Assembly (NCBI GenBank): GCA_026770705.1
Contig: JANJGN010000013.1
Location: 100,936,001 to 101,000,000, forward strand
Source of the DNA: Isurus oxyrinchus
Taxonomy: Eukaryota
Length of the DNA stretch: 64,000 nt
Direction: 5' to 3'
The translations under genes and the position numbers were made by a program. Below, one piece after another: positions 1 to 12,100 of the stretch; position 1 is the first letter of the stretch; the number at the start of each line of letters is the position of its first letter. The notes under the pieces are model-generated. The model was not told where the DNA came from, did not search any database, and saw only the letters and a program-made list of their open reading frames with translations.

Positions 1-88
1 GGAAGTATGTAAATGAGTGCCAGATGAGTTGAGCCATGTAATTGTTGGTAATATTCTTACGTCCTGAATGTGCTTCTTTCATCCTCAG

Positions 89-109
89 CACTGACACTGG
101 TTTCTGATG
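89..109 (+). CDS. Candidate 21-nt microexon D0 (phase 1-1; [A]LTLVSD[G])
   Basis: ttctttcatcctcag|CA CTG ACA CTG GTT TCT GAT G|gtaaaa; diverged homologue of the 12-nt D microexons downstream. Confidence 0.5.
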
Positions 110-3100
110 GTAAAATTGTCAAATGATGGTCAATGCTTTTGTCATCTTTGGTACAATTTCTGTGCCCTATGTTAAAAAATATGAGCACAAGTATCTTGGT
201 ATTTTACTTGCCTCACTGCTTATTAATGCATATTTATTTTGAGATTGAAAGACCTTCTCATTGAATAGTTATTGGAAAAGTGATATAATAGATATCTGGC
301 ATTATCAAGTATAACTTTCAATGGAGGACGTGTTGTTCAATAAGCTTGTTGAATTTAATGGATAATGTTCAATGTTGCACGACTGAGAGCATTAATGGGA
401 ACACTTTTGAATTAAAAATAGATACTAATAATGAAGACTGCCCTATTGAACAGTGGATTTGACAGTCTCCATTTGTGTTTTTGATGCAAGTACTAAAATG
501 GAAAATTGGGGATTATTTGCTTTTTGCTTTCATGTTTTGAAGCGCTAGGAGCTTGCTGTCATTAATTTTGAAAACCCCAATACACTTATTTGCATGCATG
601 ATGATAGCAGAGGACATCAGGTCACCTGATGAGTAGAGAAGTGCTTGTCTGTCCTGAATAGAAGAGAACGTGCTTGAAAGCATCTCATTTGAAGAATTGC
701 AAAATGAGACGATTCTTTTCGGGTGATTTTGGACAATGATGATCCTTCCATGTGAAATATCTATTTGGAAAGACAGACAAATTTATTTCCTCAAAATGAA
801 TAAAGCAAAGTGCTCATTATCGAGAAATTGATGAAGTAGTAGTGAGAAGTGCCAGGGGTTCAGTGAGATTTTTGAATAACACTCTTTAGTCTTGGGAATT
901 TAAATCGTTTAGAAACTTTGAAGATAAAGTTTTTGCTGATAAACAGACCCTCAATCTTCTCAAGAAAAGTTAATGAAATGTTTGCTTCCACCATGTTATT
1001 TAAGATGTTCTTTTCTGAAAAGATATCCCTTTTGCAGGTAGGAATTGTAGTCGAGGAATGGCTCTAAAGGGTAACCACTACAGTTTGGGAAGGGAATTAC
1101 TGATAGGAAAATTTAGGGACAACTATAGTTCTGTTGCTTGCCTTTGAAGAAGAATTTCTAACTTGGCCCTTCAGCTGATCGAAACGATATGAATATTTAA
1201 ACATAAAATGTTGAAGCCAGTGGTGAATTAATATGCAGCACCATTTTCTCTGGTATTTAGGACCAACACCATTTGGAGGAACAGGAAGACCAACAACTCC
1301 AGAGACCACCATCAGTGGTGAGTGTTGTTCTTCTCATCAGCATGTTAAGTTAATTTTCTGTGATTCGTGTATTAATATTATGTAATATTTCATCTGCTAC
1401 ATAGCGCCAACACCAACTACTGTGACAGGTGTAATTGCCGCTTCAGAGACTGGCATTACGGGTGAGTAGAGCTCATTCTTGTCATGAAAAGATAATGAAG
1501 TGTTTGTTGACACAATGTCATTAATGATATTCTTGCCTGAAAAGAAATGCCTTTTGCAGGCAACTTGCTCCAGCAGCTGCTATGGAGGTTAACTGCTAGA
1601 TTTTGAGAATTGAATTAGTGATAAGAGATTTTGGGTATAATTTTTTTTCTGTCTCTTACGTTTCGAGTATCATCTCTAACTTGCTCCTTCAACTGATGTA
1701 AATTTAGTGTACATTTTCTAGGAAAGCGATGCAACCAGTAGTGAATTAATATGCTTTATCATTTTCTCTGGTATTTAGGGCCAACACCATTTGGAGGAAC
1801 AGAAAGACCAATCATTTCAGAGAACACCATCAATGGTGAGTATTGTTCTTCTCCTCATCTGCATGTTAAATTAAGTGATTGCAACGCGTGCATTATTATC
1901 CTGTAACATTTCCTCTGCTATATGAAATGTAATCTTTGCATGTAAACATCCGCTCATCCTTGTCATGAAAAGATAATGAAGCATTAATTGACACCATGTC
2001 ATAATGATATTCTTGCCTGAAAAGCAAATGCCTTTTGCAGCCAACTTGCTCCAGCAACTGCTCTGGAGGTTAATCGCTAGATTTTGAGAATTGAATTAGT
2101 GATAAGAGATTTTGGGTATAATTATTTTTCTGTTTCTTACCTTTGTAGTATCATCTCTAGCTTGCTCCTTCAACTGATGTAAATTTAGTATACATTTTCT
2201 AGGAAAGTGATGCAACGAGTAGTGAATTAATATATTGTAAGATTTTCTCTGGTATTTAGGGCCAACACCATTTGGTGGAAGAGGAAGACCAAGAATTTCA
2301 GAGACCACCATCAGTGGTGAGTATTGTTCTTCTCCTCATGAGTGTGTTAAGTTTAATTTCTGCGATTTGTGTATTAGTATGCTGAAATATTTCCTCTGCT
2401 ACATGAAATATAATCTTTCCTTGTAAACAAATGCTCATTCTTGTCAACAAAAGATAATGAAGTGTTTGTTGACACCATGTCAATCATGATATTCTTGCTT
2501 GAAAAGCAAATGCCTTTTGCAGGCAACTTGCTCCAGCAACTGCTCTGGAGTTTAACCGCTAGATTTTGAGAATTGAATTAGTGATAAGAGATTTTGGGTA
2601 TAATTATTTTTCTGTTTCCTACCATTCTAATATCATCTGTAATGTGCTCCTTCAACTGAAGTAAATTCAGTGTACAATATGTAGGAAAGCGATGCAGCCA
2701 GCAGGGAATTAACATGCTGTACCATTTTCTCTGGTATTTAGGGCCAAAACCATTTGGAGGAACAGGAAGACCAACAACTTCAGAGACCACCATCAGTGGT
2801 GGTGAGAATTGTTCTTCTCCTCATCAGCATGTTAAGTTAATTTTGTGCGATTCGTATATTAATATTCTGTAATATTTCCTCTGCTTCATAGTGCCAACAC
2901 TAACGACAGTGACAGGTGCATTTTCCACTTCAGAGACCAGCATTTCTGGTGAGTAGAGATTATTTCATTTCATTAGGTGAAATTATTTCAGAGGGATTTG
3001 TGATTTAGCGCTCTGCAATATCATCTCTGCCTCATAGGCCCAACTGTAGCTACAGGGACAGGCATTGCCATAGTTTCAGAAACCAGGATTGGTGGTGAGC

Positions 3101-6100
3101 ACATGTTTTCTCATTGCCATGTGAAGTTTGCCCTGCCAACCATAGGCAGTCAGGGATTTTGATGTTTTTGCAAAATTGAAGTTGATGATATGTTGAGTCC
3201 AATCACATGGAAATGTCTAAATGAGTGCCAAATGAGTTGTTCCACAGTATTATTGGTAATATTCTTACTTCATAAATGTGCTTCTTTATGCTTTGTTCTG
3301 TCAGTGGTTTCTGATGGTAAAATTGTCAAATGATAATAAATTGTTAACGCTTTGTGTAACCTTAGGATAATTTCTGTGCCACATTTTACAAAATGTGAGC
3401 ACAAACACCTTGTCCCTTAACTTACCTCACTGCTTATTGATGCATATTAGTTTTGTGATTGTAAGAGGTGTTGATTGAAGAGCTATGAGAATTGAGATTG
3501 TTAGCAGTTATAGTAGATATCTGGCATTGTCAAGTATTTCTTTTGGTGAGGATGGAGCAGTTAAGTAAGCTTGTTGAATTGATTGGAGTCAGTCCACTGT
3601 GTCATTGTTGGATGAGTGGTTGTGTTATTGGCAGTATCTTTGAATCAGTAAGCGATACGGATAATGAAGACGGCCGAAAACTTTTTGAGAAGTGGAGGAA
3701 CTGGGGCCTGACAATTCCAATTGTTTTTTCGAAGCAAGGATTGAAATTGAAAATTTGCGATTATTTGCTTTTTTGCATTTGTACTTTGAAGAACTATCAG
3801 GTTGCTGTTATTAATTTTAGAAACCTAAATGCACTTATTTGAACGAATGATGATAGCAGAAGACATCAGGTTATCTGATGAGTAGAGAAATGCATGTCTG
3901 TCCTGAGGCCAAGAGGATGTGCTTAAAAGCATCTCAATTGATGAACTGGAAAATGAAAGGATTCTTTTGTGGTGATTTTGGGCAATGATAAGGCTTCCAT
4001 GTGAAATATGTTTTTGAAAAGACAGAGAACATTATTTTCTCAAAATGGAATACAGCAAGGTTTCCATTAGCAAATAATTGGTAAAGTCGTGATGAGAAGT
4101 GCCATGTGCTGAGTGGGATTTTTAAATTACGCCCTTGAAGTTGTTAGAAATATCAATCAGTTTGAAATCTTTCAAATTAAATCTTGACTGTTAAGAAGTG
4201 CTCAATGTCATGAAGAAAAGCAAATGAAGCATTTGCTGACACCATGTCATTGAAGATATCATTGCCTGAAAATGAAGTGCCTTTTATCGACAATTTGGTC
4301 CAGGAATTGCTCTGGAAGTTAATCTCTATCTGATGGGAAGGGAATTGCTGCTGGGCTGTTGTATATAATTATTGTTCTATTCCTTATCATTGTAGAATTA
4401 ATTGTAAGTTGCTCCTTCAGCTGAACTAGATGATGCAAATATCTCAACATTATCTCAGAAGCCGATGCAGCCAGTAGTGAATTAATAATCTGCCATTTCC
4501 TGTGGCATATAGGGCCAAAGCCATTTGGAGGAACAGGAAGACCAAGAACTTCAGAGACCACCATCAGTGGTGAGTATTGTTCTTCTCCTCATCAGCATGT
4601 TAAGTTAAATTCCTCTGATTCGTATATAGGTATTTTGTAATATTTCCTCTGCTACGTTAAATATAATCTTCCCTAGTAAACAACCGCTCATTCTTGTCAA
4701 CAAAAGATAATGAAGCGTTTGTTGTCCCCATGTCATTAATGATATTCTAGCCGGAAAAGCAAATGCATTTTGCAGGCAACATGCTCCAGCACCTGCTCTG
4801 GAGGTTAACCACTAGATTTTGAGAATTGAATTGGTGATAGGAGATTTTGTGTATAATTATTTTTCTGTTTCTTACCTTTGTAATATCATCTCTAGCTTGC
4901 TCCTACAACTGATGTAAATTCAGTGTACATTTTCTAGGAGAGCGATGCAGCCAGTAGTGATTTAATATATTGTCCCATTTTCTCCGGTATTTAGGGCCAA
5001 CACCATTTGGTCGAAGAGGAAGACCAAGAACTTCAGAGACCACCATCAGTGGTGAGTATTGTTCTTCTCCTCATCAGAATATTAAGTAAAATTTCTGCGA
5101 TTCAGGTATAAGTATTCTGCAATATTTCCTCTGCTACATCAAGTATAATCTTTCCTTGTAAACAATCGCTCATTCTTGTCAACAAAAGACAATGAATTGT
5201 TTGTTGACATTTGTTGACACCATGTCATTCATGATATTCTTGCCTGAAAAGCAAATGCCTTTTGCAGGCAATTTGCTCCAGCAACTGCTCTGGGGTTTAA
5301 CTGCTTGATTTTGAGAATTGAATTAGTGATAGGAGATTTTGGGTATAACTATTTTTCTGTTTCTTACCTTTCTAGTATCATCTCTAACATGTTCCTTCAA
5401 CTGAAGTAAATTCAGTGTACATTATGTAGGAAAGCGATGCAGCCAGCAGTGAATTAATATGCTTTACCATTTTCTCTGGTATTTAGGGCCAACACCATTT
5501 GGAGGAACAGGGAGACCAACAACTTCAGAGACCACCATCAGTGGTGAGTATGGTTCTTTTCCTCATCAGCATGTTAAGTTAAATTTCTGCGATTTGTGTA
5601 TTAGTATGCTGAAATATTTCCTCTGCTACCTTAAATATGATCTTTCCTTGTAAACAATCGCTCATTCTTGTCGACAAAAGATAATGAAGCGTTTGCTGAC
5701 ACCATGTCATTGAAGATATCATTGCCTGTAAATTAAGTGCCTCTTATCGGCAACTTTGTCCAGGAATTGCTCTGGAAGTTAACCTCTACCTTATGGGAAG
5801 GGAATTGCTGCTAGGCTGTTGTATATAATTATTGTTCTGTTCCTATCTTTGTAGAAGTAATTGTAAGTTGCTCCTTCAACTGAACTAGATGATGCGAATA
5901 TCTCAACATTATCTCAGAAGCTGATGCAGCCAGTAGTGAATTAATAATCTGCCATTTCCTCTGGCATTTAGGGCCAACACCATTTGGAGGAACAGGAAGA
6001 CCAAGAACTTCAGAGACCACCATCAGTGGTGAGTATTGTTCTTCTCCTCATCAGCATGTTAAGTTAAATTTCTGTGATTTGGGTAGAAGTAGTCTGCAAT

Positions 6101-9100
6101 ATTTCCTCTGCTACGTTAAATATATTCTTTCCTTGTAAACAACTGCTCATTCTTGTCAACAAAAGATTATGAAGCGTTTATTGACACTGCGTCATTAATG
6201 ATATTCTTGGCGGAAAAGCAAATGCCTTTTGCAGGCAACTTGCTCCAGCACCTGCTCTGGATGTTAACCGCTAGATTTTGAGAATTGAATTGGTGATAGG
6301 AGATTTTGGAAATAATTATTTTTCTGTTTCTTACTTTTGTAGTATCATCTCTAGCTTGCTCCTTCAACTGATGTAAATTTAGTTTACATTTTCTAGGAAA
6401 GCAATGCAGCCAGTAGTGAATTAATATATTGTATCATTTTCACTGGTATTTAGGGCCAACACCATTTGGTGGAACTGGAAGACCAAGAACTTCAGAGACC
6501 ACCATCAGTGGTGAGTATTGTTCTTCTCCTTATCAGCGTGTTAAGTAAAATTTCTGCGATTTTTGTATTAGTATGCTGAAATATTTCCTCTGCTACATTA
6601 AGTATAATGTTTCCTTGTAAACAATCGCTCATTCTTGTCGACAAAAGACAATGAATTGCTTGTTGACATTTGTTGACACCATATTCTTGCCTGAAAAGCA
6701 AATGCCTTTTGCAGGCAATTTGCTCCAGCAACTGCTCTGTAGATTAACTGCTGGATTTTAAAAATTGAATTAGTGATAAGCGATTTTGGGTATAACTATT
6801 TTTCTGTTTCTTACCTTTCTAGTATCATCTCTAACATGTTCCTTCAACTGAAGTAAATTCAGTGTGCATTATGTAGGAAAGTGATGCAGCCAGCAGTGAA
6901 TTAATATGCTTTACGATTTTCTCTGGTATTTAGGGCCAACACCATTTGGAGGAACAGGGAGACCAACAACTTCAGAGACTACCATCAGTGGTGGTGAGAA
7001 TTGTTCTTCTCCTCATCAGCATGTTAAGTTAATGCTGTGAAATTCGTGTATTAATATTCTGTACTATTTCCTCTGCTACATAGTGCGAACACCAACGACA
7101 GTGACAGGTGTACTTCCTGCTTCAGAGACCAGCATTTCTGGTGAGTAGAGCTAATTTCATTTGATTAGGTGAAATTATTTCAGAGCGATTTGTGATTTAC
7201 GCTCTGCAATATGATCTCTGCTGCATAGGACCAACCCAAGCTACAGGGACAGGATTTGCAATGGTTTCAGAAACCAGGATTACTGGTGAGCACATGTTTT
7301 CTCATTGCCATGTGAAGTTTGCCCTGCCAACTGCAGGCAGTCAAGGGACTTGATGTTTTTGCAAAATTGAAGTTGATGATATGTTGAGTCCAATCACATG
7401 GAAATATCTAAATGAGTGCCAAATGAGTTGTTCCACAGTATTATTGGTAGTGTTCTTACTTCATAGATGTGATTCTTTATGCTTTGTTCTGGCAGTGGTT
7501 TCTGATGGTAAAATTGTCAAATGATAATAAATTGTTAATGCTTTGTGTAAGCTTAGGTTAACTATTAGATTTTGAGAATTGAATTGCTGATAGGAGATTT
7601 TGGGTATAATTATTGTTCTGTTTCTTACCTTTCTAGTATCATCTCTAACATGTTCCTTCAACTGAAGTAAATTCAGTGTACATTATGTAGGAAAGCGATG
7701 CAGCCAGCAGTGAATTAATATGCTTTACCATTTTCTCTGGTATTTAGGGCCCACACCATTTGGAGGAACAGGGAGACCAAAAACTTCAGAGACCACAATC
7801 AGTGGTGGTGAGAATTGTTCTTCTCCTCATCAGCATGTTAAGTTAATGTTGTGCGATTCGTCTATTAATATTCTGTGATATTTTCTCTGCTACATAGTGC
7901 CAACATTAACTACAGTGACAGGTGTACTTCCTTCTTCAGAGACTAGCATTTCTGGTGAGTAGAGCTAATTTCATTTGATTAGGTGAAATTATTTCAGAGC
8001 GATTTGTGTTTTAGCTTTCTGCCATATGATCTCTGATACATAGGACCAACTCCAGCTACAGGCACAGGCATTGCCATGGTTTCAGAAACCAAGATTACTG
8101 GTGAGGGCATGTTTTCTCATTGCCATGTGAAGTTTGCACTGCTAACTGTGGGTAGTCAAGGGTCTTGATGATTTTTGCAAAATTGAAGTTGATGACGTGT
8201 TGAGTCTAATCACATGGAAATGTATAAATGAGTGCCACATGAGTTGTTCCATAGAATTATTGGTAATGTTCTTACTTCATAAATGTGCTTCTTTATGCTT
8301 TGTTCTGGCAGTGGTTTCTGATGGTAAAATTGTCAAATGATAATAAATTGTTAACGCTTTGTGTAAGCTTAGGTTCAATTTTTATGCCACATTTTACAAA
8401 ATATGAGCAGAAATACCTTGTGCCTTGACTTACCTCACTGCTTATTGATGCATATTTGTTTTGTGATTAAAAGATGTGTTGATTAAAGAGGTATGAGAAT
8501 TGTGATTGTTGCCAGTTATAGTTGATATCTGGCATTGTCAAGTATTTCTTTTGGTCGAGGATGGAGCAGTTAAGTAAGCTTGTTGAATTGATTGGAGTCA
8601 GTCCGATGTGTCATTGTTGGATGAGTGATTGTGTTATTGGCAGTATCTTTGAATTCGCAAGTGATGCGGATAATGAAGATGGCCCAAAACTTTTTGAGAA
8701 ATGGAGGAACTGGGACCTGACAATTCCATTTGTTTTGTCGAAGCAAATATGGAAATTGAAAATTTGCGACTATTTGCTTTTTTACATTTGCAGATTGAAG
8801 AACTATCAGGTTGCTGTTATTAATTTTAGAAACCTGAATGTACTTATTTGAACGAATGATGATAGCAGAAGACATCAGGTTATCTGATGAGTCGAGAAAT
8901 GCTTGTCTGTCCTGAGGCCAAGAGGATGTGCTTAAAAGCATTTCATTTGATGAACTGGAAAATGAAAGGATTCTTTTGGGGTGATTTTGGGCAATGATGA
9001 GGCTTCCATGTGAAATATGTTTTTGGAAAGACAGAGAACATTATTTTCTCAAAATGGAATACAGCAATGTTTCCATTTGCAAATAATTGGTGAAGTAGTG

Positions 9101-12100
9101 ATGAAAAGTGCCATGTGCTGACTGGGACTTTTAAATTGCGCCCTTGAAGTTTTTAGATAAATCAATTAGTTTGAAATCTTTCAAATTAAGTTTCGCCTGT
9201 TAAGAAGCGCTCAATCTTGTGAAGAAAAGCAAATGAAGCATTTGCTGACACCATGTCATTGAAGAAATCATTGCCTGTAAATTAACTGCCTTTTATCGGC
9301 AACTTTGTCCAGGAATTGCTCTGGACGTTAACTGCTACCTTATGGGAAGGTCATTCCTGCTAGGTATATAATTATTGTTCTATTCCTTATCTTTGTAGAA
9401 GTAATTGTAAGTTGCTCCTTCAACTGAACTAGATGATGCGAATATCACAACATTATCTCAGAAGCCGATGCAGCCAGTAGTGAATTAATAATCTGCCATT
9501 TCCTCTGGCATTTAGGGCCAACGCCATTTGGCGGAGCAGGAAGACCAAGAACTTCAGAGACCACCTTCAGTGGTGAGTATGGCTCTTCTCCTCATCAGCA
9601 TGTTAAGTTAAATTTCTGTGATTCGAGTATAAGTATTCTGTAATATTTCCTCTGCTAAGTCAAATATAATCTTTCGTCGTAAACAACTGCTCATTCTTGT
9701 CAACAAAAGATTATGAAGCGTTTGTTGACACCCTGTCATTAATGATATTCTTGGCAGAAAAGCAAATGTCTTTTGCAGGCAACTTGCTCCAGCACCTGCT
9801 CTGGAGGTTAACTGCTAGTTTTTGAGAATTGAATTGGTGATAGGAGATTTTGGGAATAATTATTTTTCTGTTTCTGACCTTTGTAGTATCATCTGTAGCT
9901 TGCTCCTTCAACTGATGTAAATTCAGTGTACATTTTCCAGGAAATCAATGCAGCCAGCAATGATTTAATATATTGTACCATTTTCACTGGTATTTAGGTC
10001 CAACACCATTTGGTGGAACTGGAAGGCCAAGATCTTCAGAGACCACCATCAGTGGTGAGTATTGTTCTTCTCCTCATCAGCATGTTAAGTAAAATTTCTG
10101 TGATTCGGGTATAATTATTCTACAATATTTCCTCTGCTACATTAAGTATAATCTTTCCTTGTAAACAATTGTTCATTCTTGTCAACAGAAGACAATTAAT
10201 TGTTTGTTGACACCATGTCATTCATGATATTCTTGCCTGAAAAGCAAATGCCTTTTGCAGGCAATTTTCTCCAGCAACTGCTCTGGGGTTTAACTGCTAG
10301 ATTTTGAGAATTGAATTAGTGATAGGAGATTTTGGGTATAACTATTTTTCTGTTTCTTACCTTTCTAGTATCATTTCTAACATGTTCCTTCAACTGAAGT
10401 AAATACAGTGTACATGATGTGGGAAAGCGATGCAGCCAGCAGTGAATTAATATACTTTATCATTTTCTCTGGTATTTAGGGCCAACACCATTTGGAGGAA
10501 CAGGGAGACCAACAACTTCAGAGACCACAGTCAGTGGTGGTGAGAATTGTTCTTCTCCTCATCAGCATGTTAAGTTAATGTTGTGCGATTCGTCTGTTAA
10601 TATTCTGTAATATTTCCCCTGCTATATAGTGCGAACACTAACGACAGTGACAGGTGTACTTCCTTCTTCAGAGACCAGCATTTCTGTTAAGTTGAGCTAA
10701 TTTCATTTGATTAGGTGAAATTATTTCAGAGCGATTTGTGACTTAGCGCTCTGCCATATGATCTCTGCTGCATAGGACCAACCCAAGCTACAGGGACAGG
10801 ATTTGCAATGGTTTCATAAATTAGGATTACTGGTGAGCACATGTTTTCTCATTGCCATGTGAAGTTTGCCCTGCCAACTGCAGGCAGTCAAGGGTCTTGA
10901 TGTTTTTGCAAAATTGAAGTTGATGTTATGTTGAGCCCAATCACATGGAAATGTCGAAATAAGTGCCAAATGGGTTTTCCACAGTATTATTGGTAATGTT
11001 CTTACTTCATAAATGTGCTTCTTTATGCTTTGTTCTGGCAGTGGTTTCTGATGGTAAAATTGTTAAATGATAATAAATTGTTAACGGTTTGTGTAAGCTT
11101 AGGTTCAACTTTTAAGCCACATTTTACAAAATGTGAGGACAAACACCTTGTTCCTTTACTTTCCTCACTGCTTATTGATGCATATTTGTTTTGTGATTCA
11201 AAGACGTGTTGGTTAAAGAGGTATGAGAATTGTGATTGTTGCCAGTTATAGTTGATATCTGGCATTATCAAGTATTTCTTTTGGTCGAGGACGGAACAGT
11301 TAAGTAAGGTTGTTGAATTGATTGGAGTCAGTCCGCTGTGTCATTGTTGGATGAGTGATTGTGTTATTGGCAGTATCTTTGAATTAGCAAGCGATACGGA
11401 TAATGAAGATGGCCCAAAACTCTTTGAGAAATGGAGGAACTGGGGCCTGACAATTCCATTTATTTTTTCAAAGCAAATATTGACATTGAAAATTTGCGAT
11501 TATTTGCGTTTTTGCATTTGTAGTTTGAAGAACTATCAGGTTGCTGTTATTAATTTTAGAGTCCTAAATGCATTTATTTGAACGAATGATGATAGCAGAA
11601 GACATCAGGTTATCTGATGAGTAGAGAAATGCTTGTCTGTCCTGAGGCCAAGAGGATGTGCTTAAAAGCATCTCAATTGATGAACTGGAAAATGAAAGGA
11701 TTCTTTTGGGGTGATTTTGGGCAATGATGAGGCTTCCATGTGAAATATGTTTTTGAAAAGGCAGAGAACATTATTTTCTCAAAATGGAATACAGCAATGT
11801 TTCCATTTGCAAATAATTGGTGAAGTAGTGATGAGAAGTGCCATGTGCTGAGTGGGATTTTTAAATTGCGCCCTTGAAGTTGTTAGAAAAAACAATCAGT
11901 TTGAAATCTTTCAAATTAAGTTTTGCCTGTTAAGAAGTGCTCAATCTTGTGAATAGATGCAAATGAAGCATTTGCTGATACCATGTCACTGAAGATATTA
12001 TTGCCTGAAAATTAAGTGCCTTTTATTGGCAAATTTGTCCAGGAATTGCTCTGGAAGTTAACCTCTACCTTATTGGAAGGGAATTGCTGCTAGGCTATGT

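Noticed and set aside
1560-1587. Possible extra exon after ccttttgcag in A-A introns (gcaacttgctccagca...ctggag|gttaac)
   Set aside because: It is 28 nt (not frame-preserving), and both acceptor and donor are mutated in many copies.
3492-3842. Repeated ~109-aa + strand ORF 'MISGI...LFEKWRNWGLTIP' in the long intron
   Set aside because: Non-ATG start, frameshifted in several copies (e.g. ~22030, ~31080, ~37380, ~43660), interrupted by the PLE, and no recognisable domain.
3847-3906. Intronic ATGATGA...CTGA...CTGA resembling a C/D-box snoRNA; also CTGATGA-N5-GAAA resembling a hammerhead core
   Set aside because: No terminal stem and no antisense element I can match to rRNA/snRNA. For a hammerhead there is no room for stem II, ctgatg is paired in a catcag/ctgatg hairpin, and the diverged first copy has GAAG. 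An Infernal/snoscan search would settle it.
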